The notes under the pieces are model-generated. The model had not been told where the DNA came from. It searched no databases and saw nothing but the letters and a program-made list of their open reading frames with translations. A program made the translations under genes and the position numbers. From Catajapyx aquilonaris (Eukaryota), in the NCBI GenBank assembly GCA_000934665.2, contig KZ538289.1, positions 108,755 to 128,754 of the forward strand: DNA of 20,000 nucleotides. Direction: 5' to 3'. Positions within the stretch are counted from its first letter, which is position 1; each line of letters begins with the position of its first letter. Shown here piece after piece: positions 1 to 11,572 of the stretch.

Positions 1-617
1 CAAAAACACACGTGAGTGATTTACAGCCTCACATGTTGGAACAGCGTGTCATTCAGGTTACTAAACTACTTGGCAGTATTAGACACTTGGCCTTGCTTTT
101 CTGTGCCAAGTACATTTGCGAAAAAAGCCAAAATTTGAGGCGACAATAAACATTAGCCTAAATACGCTGTTTGTTGTTCTGACACCTTTGAACACATATT
201 GGCCAATATTTTACTCGCAAAAAATACACTTCTCTTTTGTAAGTGTATGTTGTAATTGAATGGCACAACTTATTTTTGGGTAGTAGACTTGACTTATTGC
301 CTAGTTCAGCCATAACTCACTCCCAGATAGGAACTTCGGTATCCTTCTCGACCCATCTCAAAGGTATAGGAAAGTTCCCCATTTTTCTTCTCCCCCTGAA
401 TTCGCCGGTCCAGAATCTCTGCAAAGCGACGTAGGTTTTAAAAAGGGGAATAAAATCCGCATAAAAACCGATCGTAAATTTTCCTCACTGACAGTAAAAC
501 CTGAAGAAATCAAAGGGGTTCTCCGCATCGACCAACACGACGTAAGATTGCAACAATCAATGGTGTCCCTCAAATTGTTATCTTATTACGCCAATTGAAT
601 AAAACAATATCCAAATT

Positions 618-734
618 ATTGACTAAATATCCAAATTGACTAAATATCCAAATTGACTAAATATCCTAATTGACTAAATATCCTAATTGACTAAATATCC
701 TAATTGACTAAATATCCTAATTGACTAAATATCC
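618..734. repeat. 17-bp minisatellite, ~7 copies of ATTGACTAAATATCC(A/T)A
   Basis: Units start at 618, 635, 652, 669, 686, 703 and 720. The first two end in CCAA, the next four in CCTA, and the last is truncated. Confidence 0.95.
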
Positions 735-3439
735 CCCCAAAAATTCTATACATAATCATAGATTTTCTTCAACTCTTCGGTGACATTTGTTTCTATAGAA
801 TGACACTTTGTTCTGAAAATGCGACGTAGAAGCTTCGTGTCTGTTTGTCCCATCAGAAGATGACCTTCCTGGAAGCCTGATGGGTAGGGGGTCTTTGCAA
901 CAAACTAAGTCAAGAGAAGAGGGGGGCGTGAATGAGGCCACCAGCCTCCCGCCTTCGCCACGGGACCCCCATTACTTAGTGACGTCTTTATGAGAGAGTA
1001 ACAAACGGCTCTAGTGAGCCAGCCACGCCTCATTCGACCGCTGCTGGCCACCGGGTATCCTCAGGGTCAGGACAGGTTCAAACTGATGGACCCCTTTTGC
1101 AGGTGGGAGAATCGCAACAAGGTGACCCAAAATGTGACCAGTTGCACCGCAGTGTCGACAAAATAGGTTGGTAAACAAACTTGTGGTCTACGTTTGTAAG
1201 AAAATTCAAAAATGTCATTTTGAAGTCGACTTAGAGTATTTTTAAAATATATAAATATATTTGAGACGTATACCTCGCGGGATGGTGTTGGCGCCTGCAC
1301 GGTATGAACCTATGCGGAATTTGCTCTTTGTGTCTATTGTGTGAGAGTCGTGATACAATCCGACTCCGGGCTAGTCTTATAAACAGGTAGCTTCGAACAA
1401 GTTGATGGACCACGACCCTGATGACCTGAGGAGATCAATCATCATGCAGCGATTTACTGTAGAGTAAATCGCGAATATGAGCTGTTTTCAAACTGACAGC
1501 AAATTCGCCAATTTAGAGTTAAAGTTAACTCAAAATTATTTCTTAAAACTAGAACTGGTCTTAAATTTAATTCAACCATTTTAGTACTTATATTGAAGTG
1601 TTGCCCAACCTTTCACAATGCAGGGTTGAGTTTAGAAGGGATGTCCCCTTGACAAAAGCTGCAGTGTAAGATAACTGTCCTGGAGTGGTAGTGTCCTCGA
1701 ACAGGACCCTGGGCTGGCACCCCGGGCAGAACGATTCTTTCGAGCAGGATTTCACAGCCGTCAAGTCCTGAGAGTCTGGAGGCTGCCCCCCGACTGCTTT
1801 ATTGCCCCTCTTGGACTCCTCTTGCCACCATTTGTCTCGCTCATCCCTGCCAACCATTTTTTTTTTGTAGTGTAGAGGAAGCACAACATCCCCTTCACTC
1901 CATACAGTGGACAACGGTGCTCTCTACAATAGTTCACACTATTTTTTAAAAACTAAAAATCGATTTATCATGTGGGGTTAGTTGGTATTGCCTGCCTAAG
2001 CATTATTAACTGCTTGCGTGGTGTCAACAACGCAATGAGGTTTGGATTGGATAATTAAATGTTATTCTTTCACGTCATTCGATGATTAAATATTGAGTTT
2101 TAAACCTCGGATCCAACAGTACTATAGGTAAATTATTTTAGGTTTTTCCCCCGCACTTTTGGGATAGCAACCAGTGTATTTGGATGTCATGGCTCAAAAA
2201 TTTGTATAAAATATTGTGTTCAAATTGATTGAACATGATTATTTTCAATCTTCACGGACCTTACCCAGATACATAAACTGGTTGACCTGTTCAACCAGTT
2301 TGTACCTGCAATTGCAAGTTCAATGATAATATTAATTTGCATCAGCGTCCACTGGCCTCTGGACAAGCTTTGTTTGAATAGTGCTGTGAAAATTTGAGCG
2401 TGTTATGGCGCATCTGAACACAAAGAGAGTATATAGAGAGAGGGACGTAAAAACGAGCAATCACAACCCCAGATGTGGGTGTCAGGCAGCGGAACACAGA
2501 CAGCAAAATCCAATATTATTTTCACGATTTTCAAGTCCTAAAACTAATTATTGCATAATCAGGCATAATGGCGTAGTAGAAGAGGTCATTTCCTGCCAAT
2601 TGCACCATGCATTGACATCGATATGTACCGCTCGCGTCGGAGAGTTTGCGTCATTACAAAACGTGTGTGTGTGTGTGTCGATTCCATTTACCAACCCATT
2701 TTGAATCGAATTGTTGTCGGTGTTTCGAAGCACAACTATCACGTTCAGCAAAGGAAGGTGCAAGTGCCTTTTTGTGTCCAACTTCATCACGGACACCTGG
2801 TTCCCATAGTTTAGTTGCAAAGCCCACCCCCGAAATAAAAGTTAACTACTATATACCCCGGCCACCCTTAGGGCGAACGGGCTGACATCCGCGCATTGAT
2901 GTCACTCTAATTTGATCACAGCTGTCATTTCCACTATTTACGCCAATCGATCAGACCGATGGGACTAAACCCCCCCCCCCCCTTTCCAACCTACCCACCC
3001 TCTACACATACACACACATGCTCGGCCCTTTACTTCCCAGGGGACCTGTCCAACACTGAACCCATCCATCCATCCCATAGTACCTGTGTGCTGGACACAC
3101 GTACACACTAGGCTCTGATAATTCCCGGGGCACAAAGGCCAACAATGCCTGGCCTTTGTTGCGAGTGACGAGCCCAAATTGGCGGAGGCGTCGACTTCGC
3201 CCGCCTTCAATCATTCGGTCGGCTGAGTGTCCAACGGGATTGGGTGTCTGGCACTTGGTCGCTGTCGCCTGCTGCGTGGTCTCCGTGACAGCGTTGGTCA
3301 CCTACGTGACAGGCCTGCTCGATACTCCCCGAAAATTTAAATATCGCGGTGCAGACATCGATGTTACAAATTTATGGTCGAATTATGCAAGCCTATGACT
3401 CTAACGACATAATATATTATCTGCAAATGTATAAATTAA

Positions 3440-4030
3440 AAAGACAATATATCGATAAGTCGATATAATCGATAAATAAATAGAAATACAATATATCGAT
3501 AAGATATATCAATAGAGAAATAAATAAAAATACAATATATCGATAAGATATATCAATAGAGAAATAAATAAAAATACAATATATCGATAAGATATATCGA
3601 TAGAAAAATAAATAAAAATACAATATATCGATAAGATATATCGATAGAAAAATAAATAAAAATACAATATATCGATAAGATAGAGAAATAAATAAAAGTA
3701 CAATATATAGATAGGTCGATATATCAATACAGCGAGAAATAAAACTATATCGATAAATATACAAATATATCGATGTATTGTGAAATTGTTATATCAAGAA
3801 ATCGAGAAATTGAGAAACAAATAAAACGATGCATTGAGAACTATGTAAATATATTTATGTATTGTTAAATCGATATATCAATAAATCGAGAAATTGAAAT
3901 AAAACGATGCATCGAAATTTATAAAATATCGATTATCAATAAATCGATGCATCGAAAAATGTACAAATCAATAAACCGATGTATTGTTAAATCGATATAT
4001 CAATAAACCGATATATCGAGATATCGAACA
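3440..4030. repeat. AT-rich ATCGAT-containing tandem repeat (44-bp period core, degenerate downstream)
   Basis: TACAATATATCGATAAGAT recurs at 3487, 3531, 3575, 3619 and 3663 (period 44). Degenerate ATCGAT/ATATCGA-rich copies continue to about 4030. This explains the low-complexity I/Y/F ORFs at 3417-3764. Confidence 0.9.
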
Positions 4031-6950
4031 CATCTTTTAATATGAAAAATTGATTATCAGACGATATGTTTGAAAGATAAATGCATAGTTTATGAAGTAA
4101 ATTGCTTCAATCATTAGCCACTTTGATACAAAACGTCTCTAATAATCTTACCAGACCAACACCGTTTGATCGTGGTCACCGTGGCCTCACCGAACCCCCC
4201 GCAAATTTTGACGCTTCCTAACACGAGGTCATCGTCCACTCCTTAACAGCCCACTTGGTCCTTTGAACCACTTTTTACAACGCTTCTGCAAGTAGTAAAA
4301 GTTCAGGCACGAGAACAGCCATCCAGTACAATAGGACCCCCCCTAACTTCCCGAGGACTACAACACACACAAAAAACCGAATCTAGAAAGAGAGACCTTT
4401 CCGAGAGCCAGTTCATTCATACCGGTTCCAACATCTTTGCCTGTCAGTTAGATTACCTTATTGGCCTGTTGAGGTTCAATCTCTGTCAAGATAATACTAA
4501 CACTAGGGCAATTTACGAGCTGTCACGAGTCATCCAAACTCACGCATAACAATACAGAAGCCGCTCAACTGCTTTTTTTCAGCGTTTTTTTTGTAAACTC
4601 CCCTCTCTAGTGAATTGTTTTCTTTCCCTGAGGGTAAGAAAATCAATGGGAATTTGAGAGGCATGAATGGACTAGACCTGTGGGCATCAAAATCGTTATA
4701 CTGTTCCGGAGTAGGTGTCATTTCAAGCTAAAACCGGTTGGCTATATCAAAATTGGGCAATATTAAAAATCTTTATGAAATTATGAATATATTAACTAAA
4801 ATGCATCGTTACGAACATACCTATAGTGTATCTATTTCCGCATAGTTATATCTCCCCCTGGTCGCGAGCTATTCGAGCAACACCTGGTCCCATCAGCCTG
4901 CCACCTATGATCCGGGTGATCACTTACTGACTTGGAGCTCCTGCAAACTGGGTCCTCTGCAGTGGCCGGAGCCATCTGATGACGGTCTTTCCAACCCCCC
5001 TGCCTTTCGGTGGAACCAATAACGGCGCCCGAGGCTTCGGGTCATGCAATTTCCACGCACATTCCGGGACTAACATCAGACCCGGTAGGTTGTCGTATTG
5101 CCCAGGTGTGCTCAGCTGTCTTCAGTACAATGCATGGACCGGTACCGGTACATCGCTGAAAAATATTGAAACGACAAATTGTGCTAAATTTTCTCAATTG
5201 ATATAGTAGACATGGTATGTTATACCACAAGCATGTTCATCAGAATTTTTCGACTCATGACATGCATTGATTACTATATTTTTAACTAATAAATATCACG
5301 TTAAAATTTTAACGGTGCAGATCCACTCCGGGATGTTTATGCTACATGTTTCTACTTTAAAATAAAGTTAATTTCAGCACTTATGATGATCAAAATGAAG
5401 GGAAAGTCTAATGGCTTATTGATTTTGGGAGAACATAAGAAAGCAGCATTCGTCTGTCACTCGTTCATTAAAATCGCTACATTTTTATCGTTTGGCAACC
5501 TTGCTCCTTAACATCGCAAATTCGGCTATAATTATAATAAGTATAATAATAATTGTTATTATTATCTCTATTGGCGAATTTGTACTTTGTAACTATTGTA
5601 ATTTCGCAATATGGCGCCTACCTTGACACAATTTCACTCTAGGCCATTTAGTGTCCCAAAATAATCCCCTAGCCAATTGAGCAGAATCCGGTGCAAAAGT
5701 GGTGATAATGTAGGGCCAGAAAAGCAAGCATTTACATGTGTGCAGTACCTGGCTTCACCTCTCCCTCCCTGGAAGTGGCAGGAAGTGGCCAACACGGAAC
5801 CACCTCAGGGCCCTAAAGCAACACTTCCGCCCAATCAAATGTAAAAGCTTCCACTACTCCCTTATACAACGGCGTAGATTTACTTACTCGCCCAGAATGC
5901 CCTTCAGGGGAACAGTTCCAACACCAACCAACGCTTTGCTCTTCATCTGGCTTGTTCATAGTGTTAATTTGGTGCGTATATCGTTGTACAAAGGCTTGAA
6001 AGCATAATTATATGGGTGGCGCCATGTTTGGTCCAAATTACATAACGGCGCCATGTTTGGTCCAGCCCACCTATCTTTTGCTGTCAATAACAGTCCACAT
6101 GCATATTATCCCCCTCTCGAAATCCATAGCGCAGGTAATCCAATACCATGCAGGAAAAGCACCATGGCGATCCACACTCAAAAGCCTCCTATCCCTCCCG
6201 TTTCATACAAAAATTTTGCGGTGTGGTCAACCAGAAAAAACCTACTATATAGAGGTTGTTCAGCCGAGTAGTAAAAATCTGCTCTATTCACGTTTTTAAG
6301 TGGCATGGGTCGGGCAGGCAACTCAGGCCCTCATCTTTTGATTGGTACAACTATGTGACACAACAGGAAAAAAAAAACCAGGTGCTTGAAGGTGCCCCCT
6401 TTACACAAGGGGGGCGTTGGCTTCGGTTTTCCAAACGGAACAGATTTGTCACCTTTTGCAACCCGAAAAGCCACTGGACCTTTCCACGCCCAGGTTATTT
6501 TCAAAACACGTCCTCCTGGGAATAATGGCGGGCCTGAATTTATGTTGGATGTTGAGAGTAGTTGTTGCCTTTTGCTTGCCCTTTTCCAGTTCATTTCGGG
6601 GGAGAGCCCCAGGACCCCTTGATTAATGGCAGAGGCACCGACCTGCCCGGGGTTTTATGACACCAGGGAATTTTGGGAGCTCAGGAGGCCAACCGATTTT
6701 TGGATAGGCCCTACTGTACTGAAGGGTCTCAGAAAGTCGGTTCTGACACACCCGGTCATGCCATCTTCTAAAAAGGACTGTACTGCTCAATATTTGCACA
6801 GTAATGTGCTTATGAATGAACGGCGCCATGTTTGGTCCAAATCACAGCATGGAATTGAATCCGCCATGTTTGGTCCAGCGTTCTGGAGAGCAATGCTTTC
6901 ATTTCCCTGAGAATTAGAGTTAATAATTATTAAATAAACCAAATTCCTAC

Positions 6951-7334
6951 ATGGCCCAACATGGGGTTAAATAAATAAATGAAAATAAATGAATAAAATT
7001 TATTCGTTTATTTTTATTATTTATTTGTTTTAAATACCCCATGATAGGGCGGAGCCCTCTTAGGGGGGAAGGGGAGATTCCCAAGGGTAAAACCTGTAAT
7101 TTTTAGTCATTTCTGACTTTGTGAAATACACCAGATCTTTTCTCCTGGCCCTGGGCAGAGTAGGGAGTGCAATTCTGCCCCGGCATGTCGGGTGAAAAGT
7201 GGAAAAAACCGGCCAAGCAGACGGGGTGACGGGATTTGAACCCCGGCCTCCCGCTTGGTTGGCCAGTGGCGTAACCACTAGACCACCATGACTCCCTTAT
7301 TTTTATTTATTTATTTAACCCCATGTTGGGCCAT
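6951..7334. mobile_element. Foldback/palindromic MITE-like element interrupted by a SINE
   Basis: Perfect 30-bp inverted repeat: ATGGCCCAACATGGGGTTAAATAAATAAAT (6951-6980) against 7305-7334. It extends imperfectly outward to 6924/7359 (TAATTATTAA / TTAATAATTA). Removing the SINE restores a near-perfect ~95-bp palindrome. Confidence 0.7.
7019..7296 (-). mobile_element. tRNA-derived SINE (~280 bp; head resembles tRNA-Gly/Glu)
   Basis: The minus-strand head carries a Pol III A box TGGTCTAGTGG (7275-7285) and B box GGTTCAAATCC (7232-7242). It is followed by an unrelated body and an A-rich 3' tail. An 11-bp direct repeat TTATTTTTATT flanks it at 7008-7018 and 7297-7307 (candidate TSD). There is no intact cloverleaf. 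Confidence 0.8.
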
Positions 7335-9200
7335 AGGCATTTAGGGGAGTTAATAATTAACACCTGGCATACCTCTCGACAGACGTTAAAACAATGTTAA
7401 TAGTAGGGAAGGCCATGTGATATGGACATCGCCATGTTTAGTCCGGCCTTGTGGATATATACTGATTCTATACTCACACTCAGTGTAAGAACCAAGGTTG
7501 CGTCACTGGCGTCCAGTCGGAACCCTCTCAGGTCCGGCATCATCCACAGTCAACATTGTCGAGACGGAAAGCAATCTTGAGCAACTCCTATCTAATCTGA
7601 GTGGCTTTTCTCCCTTCCCGATTCTTCCCTTTTTTGTTAGACCTACTGTGGGTGGTAGGGTGGGCTATGCGGTGCAGTGATCTCCTTCCCCGGAGTGTCC
7701 GGATCCCAGAGGCGGTGTGGCCACCGCCATCCCATCCTGAGCCCCATCCCATTCTATCCGCCAAGCGGATTCTTCACGGCCAATTGGCCCTCTTGATAGA
7801 ATCGGCCCGAGTCGAGACTTCTCCTTCTTATGCCCTCCCTTTTTCTTTCTTTTTTTCTCTTCAGGAAACGGCCGCCTCTGAGGTGATTTGATGTCGGGAT
7901 GGAATAGCTTATCAAATACATTTATCTTCTCCCTACGGCCGCCACCCTCCCCCAAATCCATTCTTTTTCATTCTAATGGAGCCCTCCTGCAGTCTATTCG
8001 CCACCAGGACTGAGGAAGAAAAAAAAAGGAATAAGATGGAGTAGCGGCTGGGACGTGGGGGAAAGGACACTCCTTTCTGGTGAACCCACTATGGCAAAAC
8101 TCGCCATCTATCAGGATATTGGCTCTTTTTGGACCCACTGGCTTGTATTTGCACGCTCAACAATGTGGGGCGAAAAGTGAGTGAGTGGTCGAAACTAAGG
8201 ATGTAAATTAAAAAGTAAAAGACATCATAGATTATAAGATATGGCGCATTGAAATATGACCCATTGAAATATGACACCCGCGGAAATGTCGGTTGGACAT
8301 AACCGTAAAATTGGTTCAAAATTGATATATTTTAGAGTGTAAGGACAAAATATATTTTCGGGTCATGAGTTAGGTTGGGGTTGAGATTGCTTGGGGGCCG
8401 GTAGATGGCGATGCGGCCTAACCGAGTTGGTTTCGGTGGGCGCTCGGCTCATGGACGTCTTGGGACTTGAGCGCGATTTAGTACAACCTCTATCGGCAAA
8501 TCCTATCTCCGTTAAAGGCCCGCTCGAAGACTTAAATTCAATTGGGAATGCCACCTCCATTTTTTTTGGGTGGGAATGTGGTCCTAGGAATATGTTGGCA
8601 ACTTCATTAATGCCAGTCAGGTATAGTATAATATTTAAATTTATTTTAAAATTTATTTACGATGTGCATAATTATGTAGACCTCCAACTTAGGTACTATT
8701 AGGTAGTTGCAACAAGCTGCTGTGCGCTATTCTATGACGACGACGACCCCCCGTTAGTTTCTGTATACTTGGCAGAATAGGTCACTTGGATTTGCGCAAC
8801 ACGAGATTGCACTTTGTTGTGCAGCTCGCTAATAGGACAAGCGCCAAGTGCGACAACACATGCCGCTGGAGGGGACGATGGAGAAGAGATGGGAACACCG
8901 CTCCCAGAAAATCCGCCGAGTGCATTACAGATTCACACATCCTTGGTTTGCCATTTTTTCGGATGAGGTGTCACACGTACTTACTGTACGGGTATAGTGT
9001 ACGCCAAAAAAGTGTTGGACGCTATTCTGGTTGTATAGTGCGACATGTACTGTCGAAACGTTAATAAAATTGGCGAACACGTCCTTTCTACGAAATCGCA
9101 GGCGTGTCCTTCATACAAAAATTCCCAAGGTGCTATATAATCCGAATTCAACGCCTCCAAACTGCGTATGACCCCAAACCCGGAATAACACGTCATGTTG

Positions 9201-9265
<65 letters not shown>
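9201..9265. repeat. (ATT)21 microsatellite
   Basis: Uninterrupted ATT repeats; they explain the poly-I and poly-Y ORFs. Confidence 0.98.
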
Positions 9266-9998
9266 GCCAGCCGGTGTCGGATTACTCATTTTGGTGGCAT
9301 ATGTGTTCGAACCCCGGGTATGATAATGCAATGACTCACATTCTTCCTAATCCTATTTTGGCACCCTCTCATCCAGCTGACTTGTCTTCAACCATGCACA
9401 TACTAAATACACATACATATGCGCCATTTGATGAAGGCAATTTGAGCATATAAACACAGACCTCCGGATACATCCCGCTGGTGCAATGCCTGGCGGGTTA
9501 TAAGTCGCCGGGTGTGGCATATATAAAAAACGACGAGGGGGGGTGTTCTGCCATGGGTGTGTATACATATAGGGAATAAGCCCAAGGGTGACGGAGGGAG
9601 CGTGTCGAATGGCGGCAGGCATCAGCTGCATGGAAAGAGCGATGACGCATCCCACTGGCACGACGACGGGAACACCCCCTCCCCCCCGCCCCTTCCTCTC
9701 TCGACACGGCTCACTTTTGCCGGAATAATTGAATAAATTGCAACTTTTGGCGGAACCTTTTTCGAAGGGTGCGCGGAATTCGGCAGGGCTTTCTGATCGA
9801 CGATTTACCTAACAAGGGAGCAACGAGGGGATTTTCTGATATGAGGTGCCGCAGGAGATGTATAGTCACCAGCAAAAAGATTCGAAGAGAGCAGTGGCAG
9901 GAGTTCTATTTATCCCCCCGGTGCACTCCATGTGCATGCACATACAGATGTTGGGTTATCAAGTGAAAGACCAACGAAGAAACAGGGTGTATAAGCCT

Positions 9999-10276
9999 TT
10001 AATTTCTTATAAACATTGTGAAGCCACGGATAGCCATCCAGACGGACACTAGGAGGAAGTGGCCGATGATGAAGGGTGATGAGGTCTGCAAAGTGTACGC
10101 AGTGTTGCATAAGTCATGTGCGCAGTAGCACAAGACGAATTCTGGTTCCACTTCAGGGCAATGATTGTACTTCTCATATAAGCTCTCTCTGGTGCTTTCT
10201 GGCAGCCATACAATGCATCGTCTTTGTCTTGTGAAAAAGAACATAATCCATGAATGGGTCATCCTACTACAGTGGT
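9999..10276 (-). CDS. Last coding exon of a Ly6/uPAR three-finger (quiver/sleepless-like) GPI-anchored protein; 5' boundary uncertain (10276 or 10227)
   Basis: Encodes ...RRCIVW...NHCPEVEPEFVLCYCAHDLCN, the C-x-C-x-x-D-x-C-N end motif of invertebrate three-finger domains. A short spacer and a hydrophobic tail (PFIIGHFLLVSVWMAI) follow, typical of a GPI signal, with stop TAA at 9999-10001. The acceptor ...TCTCCAG| before 10276 is phase-compatible with the upstream exon. The acceptor TTCTTTTTCACAAG| before 10227 is not. Confidence 0.75.
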
Positions 10277-10678
10277 CTGGAGATTTTTTGTCAAAAAAAA
10301 GAGTATTTGGCCTGGGATTCCCTACGCATGACAGTGATGGGGTAGGACGGGACATGTATTTCTCCCCTTTCTAGTACACTACGCCAATAATTGTCTCTAA
10401 TTGCAACAGGAAAGGGGTAGTACGTATGGTACATGGCATTTCTTTTTACCAAAATGCTGCACTTTTTGATTGGAATATGCCACTTTCAGGGATCATAATG
10501 TCATAATAGAGCTTTTAAGATACGGAGCCACTTCAAAATCAATGTAGGTCACCAAAATAATTACCATTAAAGATGGCCGCCACCGGTTTCCTAAAATGGC
10601 TGCATCTCAGCTCATACAGTGGCCCGATTGTAATTTAGATTATTTTGTTTGCAGGCTCAGGCTAAGCGAAAATATTTA

Positions 10679-10875
10679 CAGTCGATAACTCGATAACTCG
10701 AAATAATTCTCGCCAAGTAGAAGAAAATTTTGGGACTTGCGGATTCTCCATTTACTATTACTACATACTATTATTTACTATTACTATTTGTACGGGTGCT
10801 GTTTTCCCGACCATATTTGATAAGTCGATTTTTTAAATCGGTCCCATGGTGGTTCGAGTTATCGGGATTTGATTG
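10679..10875. mobile_element. Degenerate Tc1/mariner/pogo-type MITE in the Ly6-gene intron
   Basis: Left end TA|CAGTCGATAACTCGATAACTCGAA; right end, reverse-complemented, TA|CAATCAAATCCCGATAACTCGAA. TA flanks both sides (10677-10678, 10876-10877). Confidence 0.65.
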
Positions 10876-11166
10876 TATGAAAACATACACGTGTCTTTAA
10901 AACCTCAAAGGTTTCGCACAAATAAATAATTATCGAAATGTCACGTTTCACATGAACTTCATTGTTAATACCTTTGTTAACAACTAATATCATTGACATA
11001 CTATATTTATACAACATTTTAAATGATCAGAAATGCTGCTGAAAATTATCACTATATACACTATACTTCCGATTATCCGTATGCGGATTATCCGCATAAG
11101 AAATAAGAAAATAAACAGTGACGACAATCTCTTTGAACGTGATAGTACAGTACACGCAATGCTTAC

Positions 11167-11334
11167 GAAGGCCTCTCGTCATTTTCAAGCAATACCACTT
11201 GCAATCTTCAAAGTCATCTTCGCAAGCCTTATCTACGAATCCTTGCCAGCTGGAGCACTTAGTCCTTATCCGGCCTGAGAGGTAGTTGCACGGCTTAACT
11301 TCGCAGTTGTAATAGTAGCACTCCAGACCGGTGG
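11167..11334 (-). CDS. Internal coding exon of the Ly6/three-finger protein (N-terminal half of the Cys-rich domain)
   Basis: Acceptor TTGTTCTTGTCGGCAG| and donor C|GTAAGC bound a 168-nt phase 1-1 exon. It encodes (A)TGLECYYYNCEVKPCNYLSGRIRTKCSSWQGFVDKACEDDFEDCKWYCLKMTRGL, with the L-x-C-Y start and the C-x-K motif of LU domains. Confidence 0.8.
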
Positions 11335-11407
11335 CTGCCGACAAGAACAATCGTTGAGCGGTAAGAAAAGCACGGAACCGGCACACAGTGTGCATAAAAT
11401 GGCTCAC

Positions 11408-11499
11408 CTGGCATGGCCATCATGACGATTGACGAGGTCAAGGAAGACCAGGACGAGGCAGCCCACACCCCCACCACCGGGCAGCAGCATCGAGGTCAT
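11408..11499 (-). CDS. Signal-peptide exon of the Ly6/three-finger gene, with an apparent 1-nt frameshift
   Basis: The first ATG is at 11499, after an in-frame stop. A strong donor CAG|GTGAGC at 11408/11407 opens a 73-nt intron. The exon is 92 nt but 91 nt is needed for phase 1. Deleting one base gives e.g. MTSMLLPGGGGVGCLVLVFLTSSIVMMAMPATG-LECY. Confidence 0.6.
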
Positions 11500-11572
11500 C
11501 CTGGCCACGGCTGCAGTGGTCTCTGACCAGGGAATTTACTGTCTCGGGGTGGGGACACCAGTTCTTTCCTCA

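Larger units (their letters stand above)
6018..7444 (+). repeat. Dispersed direct repeat CGCCATGTTTGGTCC (5 copies)
   Basis: Copies lie within 6018-6038, 6044-6066, 6819-6842 and 6862-6879, plus a 1-mismatch copy at 7430-7444. All are in the same orientation. Confidence 0.85.

Noticed and set aside
618..734. CRISPR-like array
   Set aside because: Units are directly tandem with no unique spacers; the context is eukaryotic and there are no cas genes.
1449..3159. Short hairpins at 1449-1472, 2275-2301 and 3132-3159 as miRNA precursors, terminators or Helitron ends
   Set aside because: Stems of 10-11 bp are too short for pre-miRNAs, no correctly placed CTRR terminus was seen, and intrinsic terminators are irrelevant in this context.
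3417..3764. Hydrophobic I/Y/F-rich ORFs as membrane proteins
   Set aside because: They are translations of the 44-bp AT-rich tandem repeat.
4921..5046. Minus-strand exon ending at a consensus GTAAGT donor (4927)
   Set aside because: No frame gives a recognisable peptide, and no partner exon or convincing acceptor was found.
7222..7296. Functional tRNA gene
   Set aside because: A and B boxes are present, but the acceptor and anticodon stems do not pair properly. It continues into a body, A-rich tail and TSD, so it is a SINE head.
8981..9334. Poly-Ile / poly-Tyr ORFs
   Set aside because: Artefacts of the (ATT)n microsatellite.
11027..11407. The 126-aa ORF as a single-exon gene
   Set aside because: Its 'start' is the GT of a splice donor and both ends run through intronic sequence; only 11167-11334 is the exon.
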